Shown: positions 18,720-28,196 of the stretch, piece by piece
Layout: each line of letters starts with the position of its first letter
How positions within the stretch are numbered: position 1 is the stretch's first letter
Source of the DNA: Gemmatimonadales bacterium
GTDB taxonomy: Bacteria > Gemmatimonadota > Gemmatimonadetes > Gemmatimonadales > GWC2-71-9
NCBI GenBank assembly: GCA_035262265.1
Contig: DATFTG010000006.1
Location: forward strand, 1 to 47,190
Direction of reading: 5' to 3'
DNA: 47,190 nt
Made by a program: the position numbers and the translations under genes
The notes under the pieces: model-generated
What the model was told of the DNA's origin: nothing
The model's input: the letters and a program-made list of their open reading frames with translations, nothing else
Databases searched by the model: none

Positions 18720-20633
18720 ATGTGTGGGTTGGCTGGGATCGTACGAGGATCCGGGGCACCGCCGACGTCGGACGCGGTCACCCGATCGCTGGCCGCGCTG
18801 GCGCATCGCGGGCCCGACGCCCACCGTGTCTGGCGCGAGGGGCCGTGTACGCTGCTGCACACCCGGTTGCGCGTCATCGACCTGGCCCCCCGCTCCGACC
18901 AGCCGATGGTGCGTGCGCGCGACCGGGAGGTCGCGATGGCGTACAATGGCGAGATATACAATTATCGGACGCTCCGCTCACAGCTCGAGCAGCAGGGTTG
19001 GAGCTTCTCGACCTCTTCTGATGCAGAAGTGCTGCTGCAGGGTTACCTGGCGTGGGGAGTGGACGTCTTCCGGCGCGCACGCGGAATGTGGGCCGTAGCT
19101 TTCTGGCATTCCGCCGAACAGCGACTCGTTCTATCCCGCGATCCCCTCGGGAAGAAGCCGTTGCTCTACGCCGCCCGGCCCGGCGGCATCGTCTTTGGAT
19201 CGAACGTCAGTGCGATACTCCCGTTGCTCGAGACGCAGCCGGCGGTGGATCGGGCGGCCATCGATTGCTACCTCGCTCATCTCGTCGTGCCGTTCGAACA
19301 CTCTGTCTTCCAGGGCATCGACAAAGTCCCTCCAGGAACCGTCGTCTCGTGGACGGCGCAGCTTGGTCCGACCGTCGAGCGCTTTTGGCGCGTCCCGGAG
19401 AATCCCGTTCCCGGAAACGGCGATGCGGTGGGTGAAGTCGAGCGGCTGCTGCGCCAGGCGGTTCGCCGGCGGCTGGAGAGCGACGTGCCCATCGGGGTGT
19501 TCCTCAGCGCCGGGTACGATTCGGGACTTGTTGCGGCGCTCGCAGCGCAGGAAAGTCGGCGGCGGTTGCTGGCAGTCACGGCCGGCACGCGCGGGTCCGG
19601 GTACGATGAGCGTGCGGCTGCCCGGCCGATCGCCGAGCGCTACGGACTCGAGCACCAGGAGCTCGAGGTCCCGCCGCTCTCGGCGGCGCATCTTCCGGCT
19701 CTGCTCAGCGAGCTCGGGGAGCCGTTCGGTGATGCGTCGCTGCTTCCTTCCTATGAAGTGGCGCGCGCGGCCCGCCGACAGATAACCGTCGCGTTGACGG
19801 GCGATGGTGGGGACGAGGCATTCTTCGGATACGGAACGTTTCGCGCCGCGTACTGGGCCGTGTGGTATCGGCGTCTGGTCCCGGGAGGGGTGCGACGCGT
19901 GCTGGAGGCGTCCACCCGCGGCATCACGGGCGATTCCTGGCGCCGGCGTGCCGCTGCGATGTTCGAGTACGGCGCCGACTCCCTCGCAACGACGTTCCGG
20001 AACCGGATGGGGTTCGCTTCAGAGCAGCGAACGCGTTTGATGGGCGATCACAGTAGCCCGGGCGCGCACCGCGCGGAGCACGTGTATGCCGAGCGGCTCA
20101 CCCACTGGAACAGTCTAAACGACGCGGACGCCCTGCGGCGGACGTTCTTCGAGACGTTCCTCCCTAACGACTACCTCACCAAGGTCGATACCGCGACGAT
20201 GGCGGCGTCGCTCGAAGCGCGCAGCCCCTTTCTCGACGTGGACTTGGTGGAGTACGTGCTGCAACTGCCGCTCGAAGTCTCCTTTCCGCGGGGGCGCCTC
20301 AAGGCCCTACTGCGACCGATCGTCAGGCGCCACCTCCCGCTCGAAGTTCTGCATCGGCCCAAGACAGGGTTTGGAGTGCCGGTCGGGGATTGGCTCCGAG
20401 GGCCGCTCGGCTCGGCCTTCGAAGAATTCGTATGCCGGCCGGGAACGCTCATGGCGGATCTCGTCGCTCCCGATGTGGCGCGAGAGTTTCTCCATGAGCA
20501 CCGGCTTGGCGCGGACCACGGCACGCGGTTGTGGACCCTGCTCGCCCTGGGCGTGTGGGCCGCTGTGGTCGGCGAGGGCCGCTGGGCGCCGGACGAGCCG
20601 CTCCCAATAAGCGGCCCGGCCGCCGTGCGTTGA
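18720..20633 (+). CDS. Asparagine synthase (glutamine-hydrolysing) family amidotransferase, paralogue 1
   Basis: MCG Ntn-Cys N-terminus, HRGPD, YNGEIYN, PP-loop LSAGYDSG. AGGAG RBS 8 nt upstream. Confidence 0.9.
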   Translation: MCGLAGIVRGSGAPPTSDAVTRSLAALAHRGPDAHRVWREGPCTLLHTRLRVIDLAPRSDQPMVRARDREVAMAYNGEIYNYRTLRSQLEQQGWSFSTSSDAEVLLQGYLAWGVDVFRRARGMWAVAFWHSAEQRLVLSRDPLGKKPLLYAARPGGIVFGSNVSAILPLLETQPAVDRAAIDCYLAHLVVPFEHSVFQGIDKVPPGTVVSWTAQLGPTVERFWRVPENPVPGNGDAVGEVERLLRQAVRRRLESDVPIGVFLSAGYDSGLVAALAAQESRRRLLAVTAGTRGSGYDERAAARPIAERYGLEHQELEVPPLSAAHLPALLSELGEPFGDASLLPSYEVARAARRQITVALTGDGGDEAFFGYGTFRAAYWAVWYRRLVPGGVRRVLEASTRGITGDSWRRRAAAMFEYGADSLATTFRNRMGFASEQRTRLMGDHSSPGAHRAEHVYAERLTHWNSLNDADALRRTFFETFLPNDYLTKVDTATMAASLEARSPFLDVDLVEYVLQLPLEVSFPRGRLKALLRPIVRRHLPLEVLHRPKTGFGVPVGDWLRGPLGSAFEEFVCRPGTLMADLVAPDVAREFLHEHRLGADHGTRLWTLLALGVWAAVVGEGRWAPDEPLPISGPAAVR

Positions 20634-20644
20634 TACCGCGGTCC

Positions 20645-21634
20645 ATGCGGGTCCTCGCCGTGACGAACATGTATCCAACGTCCGATGATCCAGGATTCGG
20701 GGCGTTCGTCGCCGACCAGATGGACTGGGTGGCGCGCGGCGGCGTTGACGTGGCCATCGAGTTCATCGACGGGCGCGATAGCCGCGGCGCCTACTTCCGT
20801 GGCCTGGCCCACGTGCGACGACGGGCGGCGGGAAGCGGGTTCGACCTCGTCCACGCTCATTACGGGCTGGTCGGGTTTCTGGCCAGCTTTCAGCCGCTCC
20901 CCCTGGTCGTGTCGTTTTGTGGCGACGACCTGCTGGGGACTCCCGACGGCGCCCGGGGCATCACGCCCATGAGCCGGCTGCAGCGAGCGCTCTCGCGCTA
21001 CGCGGCCCGACATGCCCAGGAGATCGTGTGCAAATCGGACCAGCTGCGGGACTCGTTGCCGCGCCAGCGCGACCGGGCTCGCACACATGTATTGCCGAAC
21101 GGCGTCGACACGACACGTTTTCGCCCCGGGGAGCGCTCAGCCGCGCGACAACGACTGGGCCTGCATCCGAGTGAGCTGCTCGTGTTGTTTCCCCATACGC
21201 CGGGTGTCGCGCGCAAACGCCTGGATCGAGCACAGGCCGCCGTCGCCGCGCTCGCGCGGCGTGGGACCGTGGCGCGGCTGTGGGTGGTGCAGGGAGTCCC
21301 GCACGCGCGGATGCCGGACTACTACCAGGCCGCGGATTGTCTCATGCTCACGTCGGAGCAGGAGGGCTCACCGAACGTCGTCAAGGAAGCGTTGTGCTGC
21401 GATCTGCCGGTCGTATCGGTGGACGTGGGAGACGTGCGCCGCTGGATCGAAGCCAGCAGCGGCTCTGTGCTCGTAGCGCCCGAGCCCGAAGCGATCGCCG
21501 ACGGCCTCGCGCGCGTGCTGACCCGACGCGCGCCCCCGAACGGCGATCGCGTGCGTGAACAGCTGTCGGCATCCCGTATCACCCAGCAGTTGATCAGCGT
21601 GTACCAGTCGGCGATCGAGCGAGCCAGGGACTGA
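20645..21634 (+). CDS. GT4-family glycosyltransferase
   Basis: Start moved to ATG 20645 (MRVLAVTNMYPTSDDPGFGAFV...). The track N-terminal extension overlaps the asnB-like 3' end. EQEGSPNVVKEALCCDLPVVS matches the E-x7-E region. Confidence 0.85.
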   Translation: MRVLAVTNMYPTSDDPGFGAFVADQMDWVARGGVDVAIEFIDGRDSRGAYFRGLAHVRRRAAGSGFDLVHAHYGLVGFLASFQPLPLVVSFCGDDLLGTPDGARGITPMSRLQRALSRYAARHAQEIVCKSDQLRDSLPRQRDRARTHVLPNGVDTTRFRPGERSAARQRLGLHPSELLVLFPHTPGVARKRLDRAQAAVAALARRGTVARLWVVQGVPHARMPDYYQAADCLMLTSEQEGSPNVVKEALCCDLPVVSVDVGDVRRWIEASSGSVLVAPEPEAIADGLARVLTRRAPPNGDRVREQLSASRITQQLISVYQSAIERARD

Positions 21635-21638
21635 CGAT

Positions 21639-23564
21639 ATGTGCGGAATCTGTGGAGTCGTGGCGCTGGACCAGCGATCGGACGTCGGCCCGCAAGTCGA
21701 TCGGCTCATGGATGCGCTGTCGCACCGCGGACCGGACGGAGCCGGGATGCGGTCCCTCGGTGGCCGCCACGCCGTCCTCGGCCATCGCCGGCTCAGCATC
21801 GTCGATCTGGTAACGGGCGCGCAGCCGATGGAAAACGAGGACGCGTCGGTATGGGTCACCTACAACGGCGAGATCTACAATCATCGCGCGTTGCGCACCG
21901 AGCTCGAGCGCCTGGGTCACCGGTTTCGGACACAAGCCGACACCGAGGTGCTCGTGCACGGCTTCGAAGCCTGGGGGCCAAGCCTGTTTCCGCGGCTGAA
22001 CGGCATCTTCGCCTTCGCATTGTTCGATGGTCAATCTCCCGGCGGAGCAATCTGGCTGGTGCGCGATCCGGTCGGAGCCAAGCCGCTGTATGTCGGTGGC
22101 AACACCGAGCGGTGGTGGTTCGCGAGTGAGCTGGCTGCGGCGCGCAACGCCGGACTCGTGAGCGAGGACCTGCGCGCGGAGGCGATCGAGGAGTTTCTTG
22201 TCTATCGATTCATTCCGTCACCCGGTACTCCGTTTCGCTCGGTCTGGAAGGTTCCCCCGGGGCACTACTGCCGGGTGCCCATGAACGAGCCGCTCGACAC
22301 GCCGCAGTTTCACCCATACGAGTCCGCTTTCACCCCGGCCAGCATCCCCGGTGCCGCGGGTGAGTGGCAGGAGGCTCTCCAGGGCGGTCTGGAGGGAGCC
22401 GTTCGCCGCCAGCTCATGGCTGATGTTCCCGTCGGGTCTCTGCTATCGGGAGGAGTCGATTCTACGGTCGTGACACGGCTGATGCGCGAGCACCTGGCAC
22501 AGCCGCCACAGGCTTTCGCCATCGGCTTTGGCTCACGCGACGGACTCGACGAACTGCGCAGCGCCCGCGCCGCCGCAGCGGCTCTGGACGTTCCCCTGGT
22601 CGAAGTACAAGCCGACGAACGGCAGTATCGAGAGCAATGGTTGTCGTCATCGACGCCGTTCGGCGAGCCGGTTGCGAACACCGGCATGCTGCTCGTGGCG
22701 ATGCTGTGTCGCCGCGTGCGGGAGACGCACAAGGTCGTCCTGTCGGGCCAGGGCGCCGACGAGCCGCTCGGCGGCTATCCCCGTCACGCGGTCGAGCGAT
22801 GGTACCCGGTCCTGCGACGTCTCCGCTGGGTGCTCCAGGCAGTGCCCGAAAGGTGGGCGGAAAGTGATCGGGTAACACGGACCCGGCGCGTCGTCGCAGA
22901 GCCCGAACGGGCGCGTCGCTTTGCTGAAATCCTGGCGGTGTTCAGCCCGGCGGAGGTCGAGCAGTTGACGGGGCGGAAGTGCGCAGACCGTCTGACGCAT
23001 CCTGTGCAACGCTGGTTGAGTAGAGCGGATCGCGACGACCCGGTGAACGCGCTGCTGTACGTCGACGCGCGGCTGTCGCTCGCCGACGACCTGTTGCTCA
23101 TCGCCGACCGGATGTCCATGGCGTTTTCGGTCGAGCTGCGCGTGCCGTTCCTCGACCTTGAACTCCTGGCGCTACTCGAGCGCATGCCGAGCCGCTACAA
23201 GCTTGCTTGGACAGGGGCGCGCAAATGGCTCTACCGGCGGGCTATCCGCGGGGGGGTGCCGGCCGAGCTGCGGGCGGAGCTGCTCGGGTGGGCAGCACGC
23301 ACCGGTCGCAAGCTGGGATTCACGACCCCGCTGTCGCGCTGGGCGGATGGATGGAGCGGTGATGCCGCGCTCGAGTTTCTCACGGGCAGGGATGCGGTCG
23401 TCCCGCAATTCGTCAGCGTAGAGCGCGTCCGCGACTTTCTGCGTGCCACGCGCGGTCGCGCGCGGGAACGTCAGCTTGCGGCCCTCTTCGTGCTGGAGAC
23501 GTGGTTACGTGGTGTGCACGATGGCCGGCATCCCCGCATTGGGGTCGGCGCTCTCGCGCTCTGA
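21639..23564 (+). CDS. Asparagine synthase (glutamine-hydrolysing) family amidotransferase, paralogue 2
   Basis: MCGICGV N-terminus, HRGPDG, YNGEIYNH, PP-loop LSGGVDST, and a C-terminal region typical of AsnB-like proteins. Confidence 0.9.
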   Translation: MCGICGVVALDQRSDVGPQVDRLMDALSHRGPDGAGMRSLGGRHAVLGHRRLSIVDLVTGAQPMENEDASVWVTYNGEIYNHRALRTELERLGHRFRTQADTEVLVHGFEAWGPSLFPRLNGIFAFALFDGQSPGGAIWLVRDPVGAKPLYVGGNTERWWFASELAAARNAGLVSEDLRAEAIEEFLVYRFIPSPGTPFRSVWKVPPGHYCRVPMNEPLDTPQFHPYESAFTPASIPGAAGEWQEALQGGLEGAVRRQLMADVPVGSLLSGGVDSTVVTRLMREHLAQPPQAFAIGFGSRDGLDELRSARAAAAALDVPLVEVQADERQYREQWLSSSTPFGEPVANTGMLLVAMLCRRVRETHKVVLSGQGADEPLGGYPRHAVERWYPVLRRLRWVLQAVPERWAESDRVTRTRRVVAEPERARRFAEILAVFSPAEVEQLTGRKCADRLTHPVQRWLSRADRDDPVNALLYVDARLSLADDLLLIADRMSMAFSVELRVPFLDLELLALLERMPSRYKLAWTGARKWLYRRAIRGGVPAELRAELLGWAARTGRKLGFTTPLSRWADGWSGDAALEFLTGRDAVVPQFVSVERVRDFLRATRGRARERQLAALFVLETWLRGVHDGRHPRIGVGALAL

Positions 23565-23578
23565 CGTACACCCGGCCG

Positions 23579-24670
23579 ATGACTTCCTCGCCTCCCCGAA
23601 CGGTTGTCACCGATGCGCGGATGCTGGCCTATCCGCTCACCGGAATCGGCCGATACGTGCTGGAGCTCTTGAAGCGGCTGGTGGCCCGCCCGGGGACGCA
23701 TTGGGTGTTGCTGAGCGCTCGTCCGGTGCCACCGGCGTTGCGCGCCGAATTCGTCGGAGACCTGGAGTGGATCGAGGGGAGCCCGTCGCAGCGCGCCGAG
23801 CTCTGGACGCAACGGCGCGCGGCTCGCGAGCTGCACCGCAGGCCCGAGGCGATCTATCTCGGGCTCGCGAATTCGGTCCCCTTCCTAGCCCCCCGGCGCC
23901 GCATTCGCTGTCTCGTCATCTACGATCTGTCCTTCCTGGTAGTGCCGCGCCTGACGGACGCGTTTGACCTGGCGAAGGCGTTTGTCGTGACCCTGCCGTC
24001 GATCATGGCGGCGACGCGCATCGTCGCGATTTCGCGGGCGGTAGAGCACGAGCTGCTGCGGTATTTCCCAGGGCGGCGCGGGCGCACCAGCGCTCTCCCA
24101 TTGGGTGGAACACGGATCGGCTCGGGAGCCGTGGAACCGTTCGAGCGCCGTTCCGGGTTTCTCGCAGTGGGCGCTCACCGACGCAAGAACGTGGGACTGC
24201 TGCTGCGGGCCTATGCACAGTTGCCTCCGGCGCTGCGCGCCCAACACCCGTTGCACATCGTCGCGCGTCGTCTGCCGGGACACCTGGAGCGGCTCGTGAA
24301 GCGACTAGGGCTCGCACCCGACGTGCGACTCAGTGCCGATCTCGACGACCGCGAGCTGGGAGCCTTGTATTCGCGATGCCTCTCGCTCGTGTATCCGTCC
24401 GCTTACGAAGGCTTGGGGCTGCCTGTCGCCGAGGCGATGTTGGCGGGCCTGCCATCGATCATTCCCGCAGGTACACCGATGGAGGAGTTCCTGGATGGGG
24501 CGGGGATCGTCGTGCGATCCCGGGACCTCGGGGCTCTCGTCGACGCGATGCGTTCGCTGGCGACCGAGCGTGAAATCTGGAATCGGTGTGCGACTCGCGC
24601 GGCGGCTGCTGCGGCCAACCTTGGATGGGATCGGGTCGCCGATGCCGCTGCCAAGGCCATCGGTATCTGA
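23579..24670 (+). CDS. GT4-family glycosyltransferase
   Basis: Start moved to ATG 23579 (MTSSPPRTVVTDARML...TGIGRYV). C-terminal SLVYPSAYEGLGLPVAEAMLAGLPSI motif. Confidence 0.85.
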   Translation: MTSSPPRTVVTDARMLAYPLTGIGRYVLELLKRLVARPGTHWVLLSARPVPPALRAEFVGDLEWIEGSPSQRAELWTQRRAARELHRRPEAIYLGLANSVPFLAPRRRIRCLVIYDLSFLVVPRLTDAFDLAKAFVVTLPSIMAATRIVAISRAVEHELLRYFPGRRGRTSALPLGGTRIGSGAVEPFERRSGFLAVGAHRRKNVGLLLRAYAQLPPALRAQHPLHIVARRLPGHLERLVKRLGLAPDVRLSADLDDRELGALYSRCLSLVYPSAYEGLGLPVAEAMLAGLPSIIPAGTPMEEFLDGAGIVVRSRDLGALVDAMRSLATEREIWNRCATRAAAAAANLGWDRVADAAAKAIGI

Positions 24671-24676
24671 GCGAGA

Positions 24677-25318
24677 TCACTTGGTGGCGACGCACAGCAG
24701 CGAAGGCGAAACGTCGTGCAAACCGGCTGTAGCCAACCAGCGCAGCGCTCCCGTCACCAGCTGCCGAACGGGCATACCGCTGCGCCAGCCGCGGACCCGG
24801 ACGCTGGTGAACCGGGCATCCATGGCGAGCGCTCGCAGCAGGGGCTCGGGGTAGGGGCGGACGTGCGTCGGGTCGACCCAGAATCCTTCCCCGGCGACGT
24901 ACAGATTGCGCGGATTCGGGGTGAGGATGACGAACCGCCCCGTGGCCCGGAGGACCCGCCAGACTTCTGAGAACATCGCGCGCGCGTGGTCGGAGGAGAG
25001 GTGCTCGACGACGTGCCCTGCGAATACGGAGCCGTATGTTCCATCGGGCGTGCGCCGGAGCGTTTCGAGCAAGTCTCCCTGCTCCGCTTTCCCGCCGCGC
25101 TGCCGGACGGCTGCAATCGCTGTGGCCGAGGCGTCCACTCCTCGTGAATCGACTCCCAGATCTCGCAAGGTGTCGAGCAGCGTGCCGGAGCCGCACCCCA
25201 GATCCAGCACGGGAGGGTAAGCCGCCAGCTCGAGGGCCAGCGCTCGATACTCTGCGACGACGTGCGATCGGTCGTACCCGATAGCGCGGCGCATGACGTC
25301 GTCGAGCGGCTCAGGCAT
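24677..25318 (-). CDS. Class I SAM-dependent methyltransferase
   Basis: SAM motif I VLDLGCGSG, acidic loop, post-I and motif II (VFAGHVVEHL), RVLRATGRFVILTPNP. 8-nt overlap with the upstream flippase gene. Confidence 0.85.
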   Translation of the reverse strand: MPEPLDDVMRRAIGYDRSHVVAEYRALALELAAYPPVLDLGCGSGTLLDTLRDLGVDSRGVDASATAIAAVRQRGGKAEQGDLLETLRRTPDGTYGSVFAGHVVEHLSSDHARAMFSEVWRVLRATGRFVILTPNPRNLYVAGEGFWVDPTHVRPYPEPLLRALAMDARFTSVRVRGWRSGMPVRQLVTGALRWLATAGLHDVSPSLLCVATK

Positions 25319-26648
25319 GAATGGCGATTCCGAACATGGCGAACCCGGCGATGAGACTAATCCCGGCCACCCATATGGACCAGGACTTCGGCCCCAGCCC
25401 GGCCGCGCGACTCTGGAGGAACGTGTTCCCGCACTCCGTGCAGACCACGGCCATCGCGGCTCCTGGCGGGCCGCTGATCTGAAGGAACACCGTCAGCGCC
25501 GCACCATTCACGACCAGGTTCAGCACTGCGATTCCCAGGACGGTCCGAAACCGCCCTCTTCCATACAGGTGGGCGGTGAGCAAGCCGTTCACGAACATGA
25601 CGGGGAGCGCCCAGGCGAGTACGCGCGTGGTGGCTACGGCCGGCGCGTAGGACGCCCCGAACAGGATCGGTAGCAATGGCGCGCCGGCGACGACCACGGT
25701 ACTGATCAGGAGCGTTGGTGGGGCGACGCGCTTCAGAACGTCGTTCAGCAGCAGCCGGGTGCCCTCGACGCCCTCGTTGCTGTCGATGCGCGACGTGACG
25801 GCGTAGGCGGAGCCGGAGACGGCACTGCTGGCGAGTAGAAATATCTCGACGACGCGGTACGAAACCCCATATTGCGCGACCGCGACGGTTCCCCAGAAGA
25901 TCGCCAGCGCAGCCACGCCGAGCCGGGCATAGGCCGTGCCGAGGATCCCAATCGCGCCAATCGGGATCGCCTCCTTGAGGGCTGTCCAATCGGCCTGGCT
26001 GGAAACGGATGTCCGCCAAGGAGGGAGCGGAATCCGGGTGTAGGCGAACATGATCGCGCCGGCGGCCGTGTCTCCGAGTCCGACGGCGATCGCACCGGCG
26101 ACCGGGGTCCCGATCAACCGAGCCAGAGCCGTCACGACAACGAAGAAGACGAGCCCGGCGACGGCCTGGTATGGAATGAGTCCCCGCGCATCGAGCCGCG
26201 CGGTGGCAATCGCCTGCGAGCTTCCGGTGAGGGCCACTCCTACGAGGCCGACCGACAGGGCACCCAACAGCGCCGTCCCGTTTCGTCCGCCCGTCGAAAA
26301 GGCAAGCAGCGCCCCCGCCAGGGTCGCGACGGCGTACAATCGAAACTTGAGCCAGATCGTTTGGCGGGCCGCGAGCTGAGCGCCGCCCGGATCCTGGGCG
26401 GCGAGCCGGATCAGGCGGGTATCGAGACCCGCTTCTCCAATGACGCGCAGCATCTCGTACCCGGCGAGACCGGTCGCGAGCTGGCCAAACCCATCCGGAC
26501 CGAGTGCGCGCGCCATGAGCAGGATGCCGGCGGCACGGCTGAGTCGTGCGCAAACGACGCCGATGAGCTGCGCGACGGAGTTGGACCAGAGGACCCTCGC
26601 CCGGTCCGACGAGGCATCCGGTGCGCGGATCGGCGGATCAGTCGGCAC
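25311..26648 (-). CDS. Polysaccharide/oligosaccharide flippase (Wzx-like, MOP superfamily)
   Basis: 445 aa with about 12-14 predicted TM helices throughout. N-terminus ...LWSNSVAQLIGVVCARLSRAAGILLMARALGPDGFGQ is typical of Wzx/polysaccharide biosynthesis proteins. GTG start. Confidence 0.8.
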   Translation of the reverse strand: MPTDPPIRAPDASSDRARVLWSNSVAQLIGVVCARLSRAAGILLMARALGPDGFGQLATGLAGYEMLRVIGEAGLDTRLIRLAAQDPGGAQLAARQTIWLKFRLYAVATLAGALLAFSTGGRNGTALLGALSVGLVGVALTGSSQAIATARLDARGLIPYQAVAGLVFFVVVTALARLIGTPVAGAIAVGLGDTAAGAIMFAYTRIPLPPWRTSVSSQADWTALKEAIPIGAIGILGTAYARLGVAALAIFWGTVAVAQYGVSYRVVEIFLLASSAVSGSAYAVTSRIDSNEGVEGTRLLLNDVLKRVAPPTLLISTVVVAGAPLLPILFGASYAPAVATTRVLAWALPVMFVNGLLTAHLYGRGRFRTVLGIAVLNLVVNGAALTVFLQISGPPGAAMAVVCTECGNTFLQSRAAGLGPKSWSIWVAGISLIAGFAMFGIAIHA

Positions 26649-26747
26649 GTGGCCCGCGCATCGTCGTCACCACGGCCAATTTAAGCGAAAACAGTCGGAT
26701 GGTGACGGAAGATGGTACGGTGGACCCACAAGAGCGTATAGTATGGC

Positions 26748-28196
26748 GTGACCTCCATTCAAGAAATGTCCGTCCCCTGGATGCGTCGAGGTCATCAGGG
26801 GCTGTGGATCGTGATCCTCATCTGCTGGGCTGGGGCCTCCGCCGCGTGGCCGCGGGTCGCCGGACTCGGTGGGGTCGCGCTCGTCTGTGCGGTGGCGTGG
26901 CGCTACCCGCTTGCCGTCATGCATCTCGCCTCGTTCGCCGCGCTCGCGATCCGGCCTGCGCTCGATTGGCTGAGCGAGCGCCGGCTCGGTCTGGGTCCGT
27001 TCACCATGAGCCCGGCCGTCATTTTCGGCGGGCTCATCCTCATCACCGGGGCTGTCCTGGCCCTGCGGCGCGGACATGACGGCCGCCGGCTGTGGCCCGA
27101 TCGTCCACTTGCGACTGCACACGTCTGGCTGGCGATTGCCTACGCGATCATGGCGGTCTCGGGCTGGCGCCTGTACGACGGTGAGGGACTCGCCGAGGCT
27201 GTTCGAGAAGTCCTGCGGATGGCGAGCGTGGTCGCGGCGTTCTTCATCATGTACTGGTGGCTGGACGAGGATGCGAGCGCCCGCCGGCGGGCGTGGTGGT
27301 ACCTCGCCCTCGGCGCTGTGCTTCCCATCGCGGTTTCGCTGGAACAGCTGGTGACGGGAACCGGGTTCATCGAGCCGGACGGGACGTTGCGGATCCAGGG
27401 TACGTTCTCCCATCCCAACTCCTTCGGCCAGTATCTCATTCCGTTCGTCTGTGTCCTGGTCGCGGGACGCGGCCATCGTCCCGCGCGCCTGAGTCTCGCG
27501 GTCGCGTTATCCATCGTCGTCGCGCTGACCTACAGCCGAACGGCGATCCTCGCGCTCGCGGCCGCGTTGGTCATCCTGTTGCTGCTGGAGAGCGGGCTGG
27601 ACGTGCGCCGGCTGGTCCGCGTGGTCGTCGCCGTGACGATGGTGGCTGGTCTGGCGTGGTTTCTGGTCGGCGGAATTATTACGCGGCGGTTTAGCGGAAT
27701 CGCATTCAACAGCGCTGCGTGGCAGGACGCGCTGGCGGGCCAATCGGAAAACTCCTTCCAGTGGCGCATCATCAACTGGTCGGGGCTGGTCCTCCTCGGG
27801 CTGAACCATCCCTGGCTCGGCCACGGCGCGGGCATGACGACCGTGCTGAATCCTCTGACCAATTCGGATAACGGCGTTCCGTTCAATGCGCACGACGACT
27901 ACGTGCGGCTCTTCTTCGAAGGTGGCGTGGTTTCACTTGTGTGCTATGTGCTCTATCAGATCTTGCTCATTCTGTGGGTGATTCGGCGCTCGCGCGCGGC
28001 GAGCGAACCGGAGCGCGGGTCGTCCCTCGCGCTGGGAGCCTCGTTGTGCGGCATGACCGTGTTGACGGCGGGGACGACGGAGCTGTCCCTGCAGACGGCA
28101 AACCTGTATGTGCTGTACGGTCTTCTCGCGATCGCGAGTGCGGGTCGGTCGCTCCCGACCGGGAGCACGTCCGCTAGACGGGACGCGGCGTCGTGA
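26748..28196 (+). CDS. O-antigen ligase/polymerase-like (Wzy_C-type) integral membrane protein
   Basis: Multi-TM protein with an YSRTAILALAAALVILLL segment and a large loop (NSAAWQDALAGQSENSFQWRIINW), as in the Wzy_C family. The start is uncertain: GTG 26748 (track), ATG 26766 or ATG 26781. A TATAGT hexamer at 26737-26742 favours a downstream start. Confidence 0.75.
   Translation: MTSIQEMSVPWMRRGHQGLWIVILICWAGASAAWPRVAGLGGVALVCAVAWRYPLAVMHLASFAALAIRPALDWLSERRLGLGPFTMSPAVIFGGLILITGAVLALRRGHDGRRLWPDRPLATAHVWLAIAYAIMAVSGWRLYDGEGLAEAVREVLRMASVVAAFFIMYWWLDEDASARRRAWWYLALGAVLPIAVSLEQLVTGTGFIEPDGTLRIQGTFSHPNSFGQYLIPFVCVLVAGRGHRPARLSLAVALSIVVALTYSRTAILALAAALVILLLLESGLDVRRLVRVVVAVTMVAGLAWFLVGGIITRRFSGIAFNSAAWQDALAGQSENSFQWRIINWSGLVLLGLNHPWLGHGAGMTTVLNPLTNSDNGVPFNAHDDYVRLFFEGGVVSLVCYVLYQILLILWVIRRSRAASEPERGSSLALGASLCGMTVLTAGTTELSLQTANLYVLYGLLAIASAGRSLPTGSTSARRDAAS

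Noticed and set aside
18658-18759. Extended GTG 18759 start of the minus-strand GT4 gene
   Set aside because: It would overlap the divergent asparagine synthase start (ATG 18720 with an AGGAG RBS). The extra 34 residues are not GT-like, and ATG 18657 gives a typical GT4 N-terminus.
25311-28196. Exosortase (EpsH) candidate among the multi-TM proteins
   Set aside because: The 445-aa protein has Wzx/MOP-like topology and N-terminus. The 482-aa protein has a Wzy_C/O-antigen-ligase-like loop. Neither shows the conserved Cys/Arg/His features I would expect of an exosortase.
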